64,000 bases of DNA from an uncultured Thiomicrospira sp. GTDB taxonomy: Bacteria > Pseudomonadota > Gammaproteobacteria > CAKMZV01. The first letter of the stretch is position 1. Every line of letters starts with the position of its first letter. Shown here one piece after another: positions 21,612 to 33,136 of this stretch. The notes beneath the pieces are model-generated. The model had not been told where the DNA came from. It made no database searches and saw nothing but the letters and a program-made list of their open reading frames with translations. A program made the translations under genes and the position numbers. The stretch covers positions 544,001 to 608,000 of the forward strand of contig OZ239628.1 of the NCBI GenBank assembly GCA_965195345.1. The letters are read 5' to 3'.

Positions 21612-22154
21612 GGAACCCCTCAATTAACAAATTATTTTTACTTCTTGGATACTTTGTGCAAATGTATAGGTGGTTTTCATTATTCATATTGAATTCAACT
21701 TCAAAACCGCTGTTTAGTCGCAGTATTAATGACAGTTAATACTTCACACATAGGCCCAAAAGACAAGCGTGCTGTTTCAACTATTGGAGCAAAAGCATAA
21801 AGTTCTATTTAACCAATATTGATGAGCTCAGCAATATCTTCAATATTGATTTAAATAAGCACAGTTTGTGCTGCCTGTTTTTGTGTATTGTATGTTTTTT
21901 TAGCGGGTAAATCACAGCAGAGTGTTTTTGTTTCCCCATATTCAGGTATTCCATAGGAATCGTATTAGCCAATTAGAGATTGGTTACTACTGTAATGCAA
22001 TTTTTTTAATCATAATATTTGCAAAGTCTTTAATTCAGTAGAGTTTTCAGTAGGGGAATAATATTCCGAATCTTTGATTATTATTTTTTCTTATTGATGT
22101 GCAATAGTATATAATTAAATACTTATGGTTAAGTAAAAACAATGAGGAATTATT

Positions 22155-23342
22155 ATGGCAAATGTTGATGTTTTATTCATATTGATCGGTGCAATATTAG
22201 TGCTTTTCATGCACGCTGGTTTTGCTTTTTTAGAAGTTGGTACAGTACGATATAAAAATCAAGCCAATGCATTGAGCAAAATAATAGTCGATATTTCTGT
22301 TGCAACAATATCTTACTTTTTTATTGGCTATGGCGTCGCATATGGAAGCTTCATTGGTTTGAATCTTGACGGTGATTTAACCCAAGCTATTATTGAAAAG
22401 TCAGGATATGAGTTGGTTAAGTTCTTCTTCTTAATGACCTTTGCCGCAGCTATCCCAGCCATAATATCGGGAGGGATTGCTGAACGCGCTAAATTTTATC
22501 CGCAAATGATTGCATCGATTTTCATCGTCGCTTTACTGTACCCTTTAATTGAAGGTATATTCTGGAACGGTAACTTTGGAATTCAAAGTACTCTTGAATC
22601 AACTTTTGGAGCGCCTTTTCATGATTTTGCTGGTTCGTTGGTAGTGCACGGTGTTGGTGGATGGATTGCACTTGCAGCAATAATGCAACTGGGACCACGT
22701 ATTGGACGAAAAGGTGTCAAGAAAAAAGCATTTCCTCCTTCGAGCATTCCTTTTTTAGCATTGGGGTCTTGGATACTCATTGTGGGCTGGTTTGGTTTTA
22801 ATGTTATGTCGGCTCAGAAAATTGAAGATGTACAAGGGCTCGTTGCTATTAACTCACTTATGGCTATGGCTGGAGGGACTTTAGGCAGTTTAATTGTGGG
22901 AAAGCGGGATCCTGGTTTTTTGCATAATGGTCCATTAGCTGGATTAGTGGCAATCTGTGCGGGTTCCGATGTGGTAAGTCCAATTGCGGCTATTATTATC
23001 GGAATTTTGGCTGGGATATTTTTTGTAAAAGGTTTTGTTTACACGCAAAACAAACTAAATATTGATGATGTTTTGGGCGTATGGCCATTGCATGGACTTT
23101 GTGGATTATGGGGCGTTTTGGCGTGTGGCATATTCGGTTATGAAATTTTTGGAGGCTTAGGTGGAGTAGCCTTTACATCTCAACTAACAGGTGCGTTTAT
23201 TGGAGTTGTATTAAGTTTTTTGGGTGGGCATGTAGTATACGGTCTATTGCGAGTAACCATAGGCATTCGTATTACTCAACAAGAAGAACATGAAGGAAAC
23301 GACTTAGCAGTACATAACGTAACAGCGGATCACCGTGAATAA
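22155..23342 (+). CDS. amt: ammonium transporter (Amt family)
   Basis: MHAGFAFLEVGTVR, SGGIAER, DFAGSLVVH, GWFGFN, IDDVLGVWPLH (twin His); no adjacent glnK. Confidence 0.94.
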   Translation: MANVDVLFILIGAILVLFMHAGFAFLEVGTVRYKNQANALSKIIVDISVATISYFFIGYGVAYGSFIGLNLDGDLTQAIIEKSGYELVKFFFLMTFAAAIPAIISGGIAERAKFYPQMIASIFIVALLYPLIEGIFWNGNFGIQSTLESTFGAPFHDFAGSLVVHGVGGWIALAAIMQLGPRIGRKGVKKKAFPPSSIPFLALGSWILIVGWFGFNVMSAQKIEDVQGLVAINSLMAMAGGTLGSLIVGKRDPGFLHNGPLAGLVAICAGSDVVSPIAAIIIGILAGIFFVKGFVYTQNKLNIDDVLGVWPLHGLCGLWGVLACGIFGYEIFGGLGGVAFTSQLTGAFIGVVLSFLGGHVVYGLLRVTIGIRITQQEEHEGNDLAVHNVTADHRE

Positions 23343-23522
23343 CTACAATTAAGATAGTAATTATATGATCGTGGATGATGTTAAAATAAATTCTTTTGCA
23401 TTTGTATCATTTCCACACTGACGGGTGAAGTGTTTTTGGCAATGCTAATTAGTCGCAAAAACGCGTTTTTAAAATTTGCTGTATGGGCGTGATAATCGTC
23501 CCTACACAATAATTTATAGCCC

Positions 23523-24638
23523 ATGCAATTCTACATATTTTTAATAGTTACCTTTAGTCTATTTTGGTGTATTCACTCGTATGTGCTTATTCATATAGTT
23601 TCATGGTTCGGTGGTTGCTTTAAATGGCGTTATTTGCTATGGATAGCTTTATATGGAGTGTTGTTCATTGCTTTCAAAGGGTATAAGGATTATGCACATA
23701 TTTTAGAATTAGAAATCTTGTCACGCGCATGGTTTATTCCGATTGCTTGGGTGTTACTCGCTATGCCGATAATGTTGCTCTTTGATGCTTTGATTTTGTT
23801 GGTTTTTGTTATTTCTAGATTGAATAGTCGTTGGACGCAAAAATGGAACGCTTTGAACATCAAGAAAATTGGAATTGGTTTGACTGCCCTTATTTCTGTA
23901 CTGTTCTGCGTAGGGCTTTATAATTTTCATCAACCATTAGCAATTGATGTCGTTGATATAAAAAGTGATAAAGTAAGCCGCGATTATTATGTAATTCATT
24001 ACAGTGATTTGCAATTTGGGAGTTCTTCAGAAGAGCATGTCAAAGAAACGGCAAAGACAATTATTGATCTTAGTAAACGCTATCCCATTGATGCAATTTT
24101 CAACACAGGGGATCATGTTGATACAGCCAATTATGTTGCCGAACAAATAGCACCGTTACGTTTTGATGCATTACCAACATTTTTTTCATTGGGCAATCAT
24201 GAGTTCTATCATGGGCATCATAAAATCATACGGATTTTACACAGCTTTGACTACCAAATACTTCGTTCAGCCAATCAAAAACTTGATGATTTGAACATCA
24301 TAGGCATCGATGATAATCCCGACTCTAATCAAGTAAACCGAGTGTTAGAAAGTTCTTCCTTGGTTGATAAAGACAAATTTAATATTTTGCTGTACCATCG
24401 TCCTTTGGGTGCTACAGATGCAGCCAATAAAGGTATTGATTTAATGCTTAGCGGACATACGCACGGCGGGCAGTTCTATCCGTATGTGTGGGCAGTACAA
24501 AATATTTTCCCATTTTCACAAGGCATAAATAAAATTGGGAATATGATACTTTATGTTACCGATGGCGTTGGTTTATGGGGACCTCCATTACGACTCGGTA
24601 GCCGCAATGAATTAGCGTTGATACATATCCATCCCTAG
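23523..24638 (+). CDS. membrane-anchored metallophosphoesterase (YkuE/YaeI-like)
   Basis: N-terminal TM helices; SDLQ, TGDHVD, GNHE, LLYHRP, SGHTHGGQ. Confidence 0.88.
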   Translation: MQFYIFLIVTFSLFWCIHSYVLIHIVSWFGGCFKWRYLLWIALYGVLFIAFKGYKDYAHILELEILSRAWFIPIAWVLLAMPIMLLFDALILLVFVISRLNSRWTQKWNALNIKKIGIGLTALISVLFCVGLYNFHQPLAIDVVDIKSDKVSRDYYVIHYSDLQFGSSSEEHVKETAKTIIDLSKRYPIDAIFNTGDHVDTANYVAEQIAPLRFDALPTFFSLGNHEFYHGHHKIIRILHSFDYQILRSANQKLDDLNIIGIDDNPDSNQVNRVLESSSLVDKDKFNILLYHRPLGATDAANKGIDLMLSGHTHGGQFYPYVWAVQNIFPFSQGINKIGNMILYVTDGVGLWGPPLRLGSRNELALIHIHP

Positions 24639-24691
24639 AATATTCACTGAGAGTATTTTCCGATTTTATAGTGCACCGTCAGATAGAGGGC

Positions 24692-25273
24692 TTATGAGTT
24701 GAGCTCCATTGCTTGCGCTAATTCAATTGAGCCATTTTTTTTCAATTGTAAAATAACTTGTTTTCTATCTTGTATTGAACGATTTTGATTTAACTTGTAC
24801 TTGCATTGAATTTCGCATATGTCAATTTCTAAACCTACAATGGCGCGTAACATTGAGCCTTTGTATTGAGGCTTCCATGGCTTTGGGAACTTGGATTCGA
24901 ATTTTTCGGTAAGATGCTCAACAGCGTTCTTAAGCATTTCTGGTTCGTTGAATAGCCGACAATTTCCGTAAATATGGGTTGTTTGATAATTCCAAGTAGG
25001 TACGCCAGGGTCTGAATACCAAGACGGTGATATATAATCATGATTGCCTTGCAAGGTCACCAAGACTTCTTGTCCTTCAATATCATCAGTTTGAGGGTTT
25101 TGTTTTGCTAAATGAGCAATCAATTTCGTTTTGTCTTCTGATAGATAAAAAGGGACATGTGTTGAAAATAATCTTCCACGTGTTGTTGAAATAAGTTGCC
25201 CAAATGCATTTGCCTCTATGAATGCATAAATTTCTTTTTTGTTTGTTATTTCAAAGTATTGAGGTATATACAT
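24692..25273 (-). CDS. FMN-binding PaiB family protein
   Basis: MYIPQYF, HLAKQNPQ, YISPSWY, VPTWNY, KLNQNR. Confidence 0.9.
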   Translation of the reverse strand: MYIPQYFEITNKKEIYAFIEANAFGQLISTTRGRLFSTHVPFYLSEDKTKLIAHLAKQNPQTDDIEGQEVLVTLQGNHDYISPSWYSDPGVPTWNYQTTHIYGNCRLFNEPEMLKNAVEHLTEKFESKFPKPWKPQYKGSMLRAIVGLEIDICEIQCKYKLNQNRSIQDRKQVILQLKKNGSIELAQAMELNS

Positions 25274-25326
25274 AATTGTTTAAAAGTGCAGTAGTAATAG
25301 AGTGAGTATTGTGCAGAATGTTATAT

Positions 25327-25953
25327 TTAAATGCTTGTGGTGTATGCAGTAATCTGATCTAAAACAGCATTGGGATTGCGGTATTCTATTTGGATCTCTT
25401 GAGCAAACGGATTGCTGTGATTCTCATTTTGTAGAAAAAGAGAAGGGAAGTGATTACCTCCAATACTTCGAGCAAATTGAATTTGTTTAGTTAGTGCGTC
25501 TTGGATTTCTTTAGAGTGAAGTTTTTTTGTAAAAAAAACTAAGTCAAGACCTACTGACTCGGCACACTGTATCAGTGTTTCTGTTTCAGAGGGATTTTGG
25601 GCGTTCAAATAATAGGCGTGCTGAATTGCTTGCATCATAGCGTGCTCTTTGTTTGATAACGCTGCGACTATTACTGCTCTACAAGCTGGGTATGTTGACC
25701 TTTTAGGGGTGTTCTTTATCCAAAAGTCATGGTTAAACTTTGCGCCACTAACTGAAGCTACTTGATGCCATATTGCTGCAATGCTACTGCGCATATCCAA
25801 AGGCATTGGTTCATCTGTATCTGCCGCAAGCCCACCCAACAGGTATTGTAATTCAATGTTTTTTGGAAGCATCTTTTCTACTGCTTCCCAAGTATTAGAA
25901 AATCCCCAGCACCAAGAGCACATGGGGTCATGAACATAGTAGAGTTTTGTCAT
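25327..25953 (-). CDS. DsbA family thioredoxin-fold protein
   Basis: YYVHDPMCSWCWGF CxxC, RSTYPACRAV, FPSL. Confidence 0.9.
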   Translation of the reverse strand: MTKLYYVHDPMCSWCWGFSNTWEAVEKMLPKNIELQYLLGGLAADTDEPMPLDMRSSIAAIWHQVASVSGAKFNHDFWIKNTPKRSTYPACRAVIVAALSNKEHAMMQAIQHAYYLNAQNPSETETLIQCAESVGLDLVFFTKKLHSKEIQDALTKQIQFARSIGGNHFPSLFLQNENHSNPFAQEIQIEYRNPNAVLDQITAYTTSI

Positions 25954-26055
25954 AAGTCAATTTCAGTTACTAATATTAAAGACCCTTATTGTCGGTTATC
26001 AATTATGGTTGTCGTGGAGTAAATTAAATATTTTTGTTGTTTTTTGAATAATGTG

Positions 26056-26083
26056 CTTGAAAATTCACACCCTATCCACATAA
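26056..26083 (+). promoter_or_regulatory. sigma32 (RpoH) heat-shock promoter of groESL
   Basis: CTTGAAA-13 nt-CCACATAA, near the CTTGAAA/CCCCAT consensus, upstream of groES. Confidence 0.7.
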
Positions 26084-26141
26084 AGAGTATAAGTTTTGAT
26101 TTGGATAATTTCATTAACACCATATAAGGAGGGTTTTAATA

Positions 26142-26426
26142 ATGAAAGTTCGCCCATTAAATGATCGTATCGCTGTGAAACGCGCTGCTGAAGAAACAAC
26201 ATCTTCTGGAGGAATTGTTATTCCTGATTCCAGTGCAGAAAAACCTACACGCGGTGAAGTTTTTGCGGTTGGAGACGGTAAAAAATGTGACGACGGAACA
26301 TGCTGTAAACTAACAGTTAAAGTTGGTGATAATGTGTTGTTTGGTCAGTATGCAGGAACCGAAATAACTGTTGATGGAGAGAAATTGTTAATCATGCGAG
26401 AAGACGACGTACTCGCTATTGTTTAA
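26142..26426 (+). CDS. groES: co-chaperonin GroES
   Basis: MKVRPLNDRI, SGGIVIPD, VKVGD.VLF..YAGTE, IMREDDVLA. Confidence 0.97.
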   Translation: MKVRPLNDRIAVKRAAEETTSSGGIVIPDSSAEKPTRGEVFAVGDGKKCDDGTCCKLTVKVGDNVLFGQYAGTEITVDGEKLLIMREDDVLAIV

Positions 26427-26454
26427 CTGCTAAAAAAATAGAATGAGGATTTAA

Positions 26455-28101
<1,647 letters not shown>

Positions 28102-28123
28102 TCATCGCCTTCCTTTGTTCTAG

Positions 28124-28155
28124 AAAAAGCCTCGGGCATTGTCCGAGGCTTTTTT
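28124..28155 (+). terminator. intrinsic terminator after groEL
   Basis: AAAAAGCCTCGGGC-ATT-GTCCGAGGCTTTTTT. Confidence 0.88.
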
Positions 28156-28208
28156 AATTGAACTGTTTGAAAGCATGAATAGTTAATGACAAATACCTTT
28201 ACAATAAA

Positions 28209-29513
28209 ATGATGCAGACACCTGTTTTAATATTAGGTAGTGGTAAGAGCAACCAAGCTGTTGGACGTTTTTTCACCCGTCAAAAAATTCCTTTTGTTGT
28301 TAGCGATACTCGAAATGATACTATCAATAAGCAGCATTGGAATGATCATTACGGCGATTCTATATGGTGGGATTTTGAAACTTGTTTGAATTCCGTCAAC
28401 CATTTTTCTACAATCGTAGTATCTCCAGGAATTTCTTTAGATAACGAATTAGTACAAAGAGCATTTAAGATAGGATTGGAGGTTATTGGCGAACTTGAGA
28501 TATTTGCCCGACATAACGTGCGTCCAGTTATTGCTATCACTGGAACAAATGGTAAAAGTACTGTAACTCGATTGGTAGAATATACTTTACAAAATGCAGG
28601 GTTCAATGCTGTTGCAGGGGGGAATATTGGATTGCCCGGATTGGACTTGTTGCTCCAAGACTACGCTATTGCAGTGTTGGAGATATCCAGTTTTCAGTTA
28701 GAGAGCATACATTCATTGCAACCGCAAGCTTCAGTTTTATTGAATATCGGCAATGATCATTTAGATAGGCATGGAAATAATGAAAATTATTTGTCCGTTA
28801 AAGAACGCTTACTAGCATGGTCAAAAATTTCTATTGTGAATGATTCGTTATCTCTTCAGCAAAAGGCCGACATTACTTTTTCGGCAAAAAGTAATACTAG
28901 CGACTACAGAGTGCAGGATGATTATGGTATTCCTTTTATATATAGAGGGAATGAGAAGTTAATTCGCTTAACGGATTTACAATGTAATGGTGAACATAAT
29001 GTAGAAAATATTATGGCTGCTTGGGCATTGGTACGTGCAATGGGGCTGAACGACACCGTCATAGCTAATGCAATTCGTGGTTTTAAGGGATTAAAACATC
29101 GTTGTGAATTGTTAGGAACCTTAGATGGGGTTCAATGGATTAATGATTCAAAGGGCACCAATGTGGAAGCTCTAGTTGCAGCCTTGTCGAGTTTTTCAAA
29201 AAAGAATGTTTTGCTAATCGCAGGAGGACAAGCTAAAGGTCAACAATTGTATCCTTTAGAAGATGCATTGAAACGTTGTGTGAAAAAGATTTTTGCAATT
29301 GGTGAGGATGGATCATCTTTCTTGGAAATGGGCGTTGAAGGGGAATATTTTACTTTTTTTGAAGAGGCATTGAGTGCAGCTCATAAAGCATCTGTAGAGG
29401 GTGATGTGGTGCTTCTATCGCCAGCGTGTTCTTCGCTCGATATGTTTAAAAACTTTGAACACCGTGGTCAAATATTCACCGAATATTTTCAACAACTTTG
29501 CGCCTGTTCTTAA
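28209..29513 (+). CDS. murD: UDP-N-acetylmuramoyl-L-alanine--D-glutamate ligase
   Basis: VVSPGI, ITGTNGKSTV, GGNIG, LEISSFQL, DHLDRH, INDSKGTNV, LLSPACSSLD. Confidence 0.95.
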   Translation: MMQTPVLILGSGKSNQAVGRFFTRQKIPFVVSDTRNDTINKQHWNDHYGDSIWWDFETCLNSVNHFSTIVVSPGISLDNELVQRAFKIGLEVIGELEIFARHNVRPVIAITGTNGKSTVTRLVEYTLQNAGFNAVAGGNIGLPGLDLLLQDYAIAVLEISSFQLESIHSLQPQASVLLNIGNDHLDRHGNNENYLSVKERLLAWSKISIVNDSLSLQQKADITFSAKSNTSDYRVQDDYGIPFIYRGNEKLIRLTDLQCNGEHNVENIMAAWALVRAMGLNDTVIANAIRGFKGLKHRCELLGTLDGVQWINDSKGTNVEALVAALSSFSKKNVLLIAGGQAKGQQLYPLEDALKRCVKKIFAIGEDGSSFLEMGVEGEYFTFFEEALSAAHKASVEGDVVLLSPACSSLDMFKNFEHRGQIFTEYFQQLCACS

Positions 29514-29946
29514 AAAAATTCCTCAATAAATTTGTACATTCACTTTCCATCAAACCTTGAATTGATTCCACTTTATGATTAAGTTGCGTGTTATTTAACA
29601 ATTGAAAATTACTACAAACCGCGCCAGTTTTCGGTTCAAAGGCAGCAAAAAATAAGCGCCTTATTCGAGCGTGTACCAATGCTCCAGCGCACATAGCACA
29701 TGGTTCGAGTGTAACGTATAAGTCGCAATTAGGTAATCGATAATTGTTTGAGGCAGTTCCTGCTGCGCGCAGTGCCATTATTTCGGCATGAGCACACGGA
29801 TCATTGTTTGTTATTTGTTGATTAAAGCCTTCACCGATAATGCTGCTGTTGAGAACGATGACCGCTCCTACTGGTACTTCGTTTATTTTTTCTGCGTGCT
29901 GTGCTAATTCAAATGCACGCTGCATAAAGGCAATAGATTCAGTCAA
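29476..29946 (-). CDS. tadA: tRNA adenosine(34) deaminase
   Basis: EVPVGAV, DPCAHAE, LEPCAMCAGA; 38-nt convergent overlap with murD. Confidence 0.95.
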   Translation of the reverse strand: MTESIAFMQRAFELAQHAEKINEVPVGAVIVLNSSIIGEGFNQQITNNDPCAHAEIMALRAAGTASNNYRLPNCDLYVTLEPCAMCAGALVHARIRRLFFAAFEPKTGAVCSNFQLLNNTQLNHKVESIQGLMESECTNLLRNFFKNRRKVVENIR

Positions 29947-30734
29947 ACTTCTGTGGCTTTAACGAAATTGAGTAGTGTACGGTGAGCGCTTGAATTAACG
30001 CTGGCACAAGTGCTGCGGGATACATTTTTGTATGCACCATATGGCTTACCTTGCAAGTCAGTGGCATAACCTCCAGCTTCACTCAATATCAAGTGGCCTG
30101 CAGCATAATCCCACAAATGTTTTTTTCCAGTTAGAATAAATTGGCATCGATTAGAAGCAAGCCAACACCATTCAAGTGCTGCTGCCCCAAGGCTTCTATG
30201 AGATTTATAAGGCTGGTGAGCAATTAAACTTTGACGTGTTCCTATATTCAAGCTTTTTAATTCAACCATAGCAATGCTTTTTTTAATGTCAATGGTCTCA
30301 TCTGGTAGTTTTAAAACCTCGCCATTAACCCAAGCACCGTGGTCTTTTAGAGCATAAAAACACTCATCCCTATTAGGGTCGTAAACAAGCCCTGCTATTG
30401 GCTGAGCATTTTCGACCAGTGCTAGGGAAACCGCAAAGAAGGGAAATGTTTTTACGAAGTTTGTTGTGCCGTCTAGAGGATCAAGCACCCATACTAACCC
30501 ATCGGGCAAAACATCATGGCTATTACTTTCTTCACTCATAAAGATAATGTTTGGGAACTGAGCTTTGAGAGCCTCTCCTATGCTTTTTTCAATAGCAATA
30601 TCAGAGCTTGACACCCAACTTTTGTCATTTTTTATCTGCACTTCATGCGATTTTTGCCTAGGCATTTTTAAGCATTCATCGGTAAGGCTTTTAACTGTTT
30701 TTGCTAGTTTTTCAAGTGTCTCAAGATTCATCAT
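29943..30734 (-). CDS. inositol monophosphatase family protein
   Basis: SEE, WVLDPLDGTTNF, LWDYAAG; start uncertain (ATG 30734 or 30731 vs TTG 30749). Confidence 0.9.
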   Translation of the reverse strand: MMNLETLEKLAKTVKSLTDECLKMPRQKSHEVQIKNDKSWVSSSDIAIEKSIGEALKAQFPNIIFMSEESNSHDVLPDGLVWVLDPLDGTTNFVKTFPFFAVSLALVENAQPIAGLVYDPNRDECFYALKDHGAWVNGEVLKLPDETIDIKKSIAMVELKSLNIGTRQSLIAHQPYKSHRSLGAAALEWCWLASNRCQFILTGKKHLWDYAAGHLILSEAGGYATDLQGKPYGAYKNVSRSTCASVNSSAHRTLLNFVKATEV

Positions 30735-32004
30735 CACTGTTTTTTTCAATGTGTTCGGTTGGTGTTATTAGATCAACCATTAGAACGCTATTTTCGTTAT
30801 ACTGTAGGACGGTTACCTTACAGTCTTCAAACGCTATACTAAGCGGTGCTTGAGGTGCTTCACCAAGCAATTCTATAATGAGCCCGTTTAAAGTATTGGC
30901 GTTTTCTGAAGAGAGATTAACGTTGCAATATTCGTTGATTTCTCTGAGAGAGGCACTAGCGTCAATGTGCCAAACTCCTTTTTCCTTTAAAACTATCTCG
31001 TTGTCTACATCGGCAATATCGGATGAGAAATCGCCAACGACCTCTTCAAGGATGTCAACGATAGTAGTCAATCCTCTAATATTACCATACTCATTGATAA
31101 TAAAAGCCATTCTCTTTTGCTGGTTGCGAAAATTCTGTAATTGAGTTAAGAGATTTGTTGATTCAGGAATGAAATAGACTGGTTCACATACTTGAAGAAT
31201 ATTTTCCGCATTCAAAGTATTACTATCGAGTAAACGCAGTGCTTCACGAATGTGTAAAACGCCCTTAACTTCATCAATACTCCCGTCATAAACAGGCAAT
31301 CGAGTGTAAGTTACATTTGTAAGTAGTATGAGCAAATGTTCAATATCATCTTGAATATCAAGTCCAACGATTTCATGACGTTGAATCATTATTTCTTCAA
31401 TATTAACATCGCTAAGCTCTAGCATTCTAAGAATCATATCTTGGTGCTCTTCAGGGATACCATGTCCTGATTGTTCAATAATACTGCGCAATGCTTGGGT
31501 ATCAATAACTTGCTTTTTTTCTTTTTGCGATTGTCCAACGAGCCAAAGGAAACTATTTGCAACAATATTTACTATGTATACTATAGGTCCTAATATTTTG
31601 AGCAGAGGTTGGAGTATTAGTGAAGCATTGAAAGCTATTCTTTCAGGATGTTTTGCTGCTACAGTTTTAGGAGCTACCTCCGCAAATATTAAAATAACGA
31701 AAGTGAGCATTCCTGTAGCCGATGCAATGTATATTTCTCCGCCAAGGCGTAGTGCAATGATGGTGGTGATTGCAGAAGCAAGAATATTTACAAAATTATT
31801 GCCAAGTAGAATAGTGCCAATCAAGCGGTCTATTTTTTTTAACAGCCTCAGTGAACGAATAGCCCCAGGTACTCCTTGCTTACTCAAATGATTCAAGCGA
31901 TGCTTGTCTAGCGCCATCATCGCTGTTTCGGAACTTGAGAAAAAAGCCGATAATAGAATCAGAATAAAAAGAATGATGAATAAAGATGGCGTTGAAATGT
32001 CCAA
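30721..32004 (-). CDS. corB: CNNM/CorB (DUF21-CBS-CorC) Mg2+/Co2+ transporter
   Basis: SAFFSSSETAMM, ILLGNNFVNI, FAEVAPKT, TRLPVY, NEYG..GLTT.DILEEVVG. Confidence 0.9.
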   Translation of the reverse strand: MDISTPSLFIILFILILLSAFFSSSETAMMALDKHRLNHLSKQGVPGAIRSLRLLKKIDRLIGTILLGNNFVNILASAITTIIALRLGGEIYIASATGMLTFVILIFAEVAPKTVAAKHPERIAFNASLILQPLLKILGPIVYIVNIVANSFLWLVGQSQKEKKQVIDTQALRSIIEQSGHGIPEEHQDMILRMLELSDVNIEEIMIQRHEIVGLDIQDDIEHLLILLTNVTYTRLPVYDGSIDEVKGVLHIREALRLLDSNTLNAENILQVCEPVYFIPESTNLLTQLQNFRNQQKRMAFIINEYGNIRGLTTIVDILEEVVGDFSSDIADVDNEIVLKEKGVWHIDASASLREINEYCNVNLSSENANTLNGLIIELLGEAPQAPLSIAFEDCKVTVLQYNENSVLMVDLITPTEHIEKNSDDES

Positions 32005-32079
32005 ATTGAAATATAACGAAGAGTTGTTTAAGGGGTTATTTTATCTTTATTGCGTACTAAAGAAACTTTTTATTAAAGT

Positions 32080-33135
32080 TTATTGATTAAATAAAGAGGA
32101 GGAAAACACGTTATGTGGATCAAAGGCGTTCTTAAGTCTTTCGTTTATTAGTTGTAATTCATCAGAGAGGGGCTGCTGATATATTGGCGAACTCCATCGT
32201 TGAGCATAACCGCCTATGCTAGTCGCGTAGGCAAAAACTTCTTCGGCAGGTGCCTTTGTACGTAGCCAACGAACAGAACCGCCCCAATCAAGTATTAGTT
32301 GTTCATCCAGCTCCATTCGTATTTCTGTGGCAGCAGCGGCAGAAATACGATACAAATTATCATTTTCTTGTTGTTTCATCGAAGGAAGCTCAAAATCACG
32401 TATTTGATAAAATAATTCAGGAGAGGATTCTTCCCAATCTAAAATGTTCATTTTTGTAAGACAATCATCAATTGCACTTTTTCTGCCGTATAAACGTAAA
32501 TGCAGCGCATTATTTACCCAGACTAATCCACTTATTGGGTAAGGCTTCTGTTGCCATTCAAGCATTTGTGCATGCGCTTGCTCAATTGGCATAAGGCATT
32601 GTTTGTATACTTGAGTAGTGGGTATTGGGTTCAAGCGCAAACTCACTTCAGATAGAATTCCAAGTTGTCCCCAAGCTCCAACTTGTAACCTAAAAAGATC
32701 AAAGCCTGCTACATTTTTAAAGACTTGCCCTCCGAACTGCAATATTTCGCCTAAGCCATTAATGAGCTTAATTCCAAGCAAACTATCACTCACACTTCCT
32801 CCCCAAGGACGATTCGGCCCACAAAAACCTGTTGTAATTGAACCACCAATAGTAGCAGTATCAGATAGTATTGGTGGCTCAAAAGACAACATCTGCTTGT
32901 TTTTCTTCAGAGCATCAAGAACTTCTAATAACGGTGTTCCACTGCGAACAGTCATAACCAATTCAGTTGGTTCATAGTTAATAATACCGGTGTGTTCAGT
33001 GGTACTTAATACCGTGTGCGAAGAATTAATCTGACGGAGATGGTTTTTACTGCCACCGCCTTGAATTAGTAATGTTGCTTTGCTTTCAGAAGCAGTTTTA
33101 ACGGCATCTGAAAAAATAAAGTCTCTGTTTTTCAT
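32080..33135 (-). CDS. glcE: glycolate oxidase FAD-binding subunit
   Basis: GIINYEPTELV, FEPP, GPNRPWGG, FGGQVFKNVAGFD, DWGG, LKNAFDP. Confidence 0.92.
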   Translation of the reverse strand: MKNRDFIFSDAVKTASESKATLLIQGGGSKNHLRQINSSHTVLSTTEHTGIINYEPTELVMTVRSGTPLLEVLDALKKNKQMLSFEPPILSDTATIGGSITTGFCGPNRPWGGSVSDSLLGIKLINGLGEILQFGGQVFKNVAGFDLFRLQVGAWGQLGILSEVSLRLNPIPTTQVYKQCLMPIEQAHAQMLEWQQKPYPISGLVWVNNALHLRLYGRKSAIDDCLTKMNILDWEESSPELFYQIRDFELPSMKQQENDNLYRISAAAATEIRMELDEQLILDWGGSVRWLRTKAPAEEVFAYATSIGGYAQRWSSPIYQQPLSDELQLINERLKNAFDPHNVFSSSLFNQ

Positions 33136-33136
33136 T

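Noticed and set aside
23480-23506. GTAG-type REP-like hairpin (minus strand GTAGGGACG-ATTATCA-CGCCCATAC)
   Set aside because: Single imperfect copy, no RAYT/IS200 transposase and no further copies noticed.
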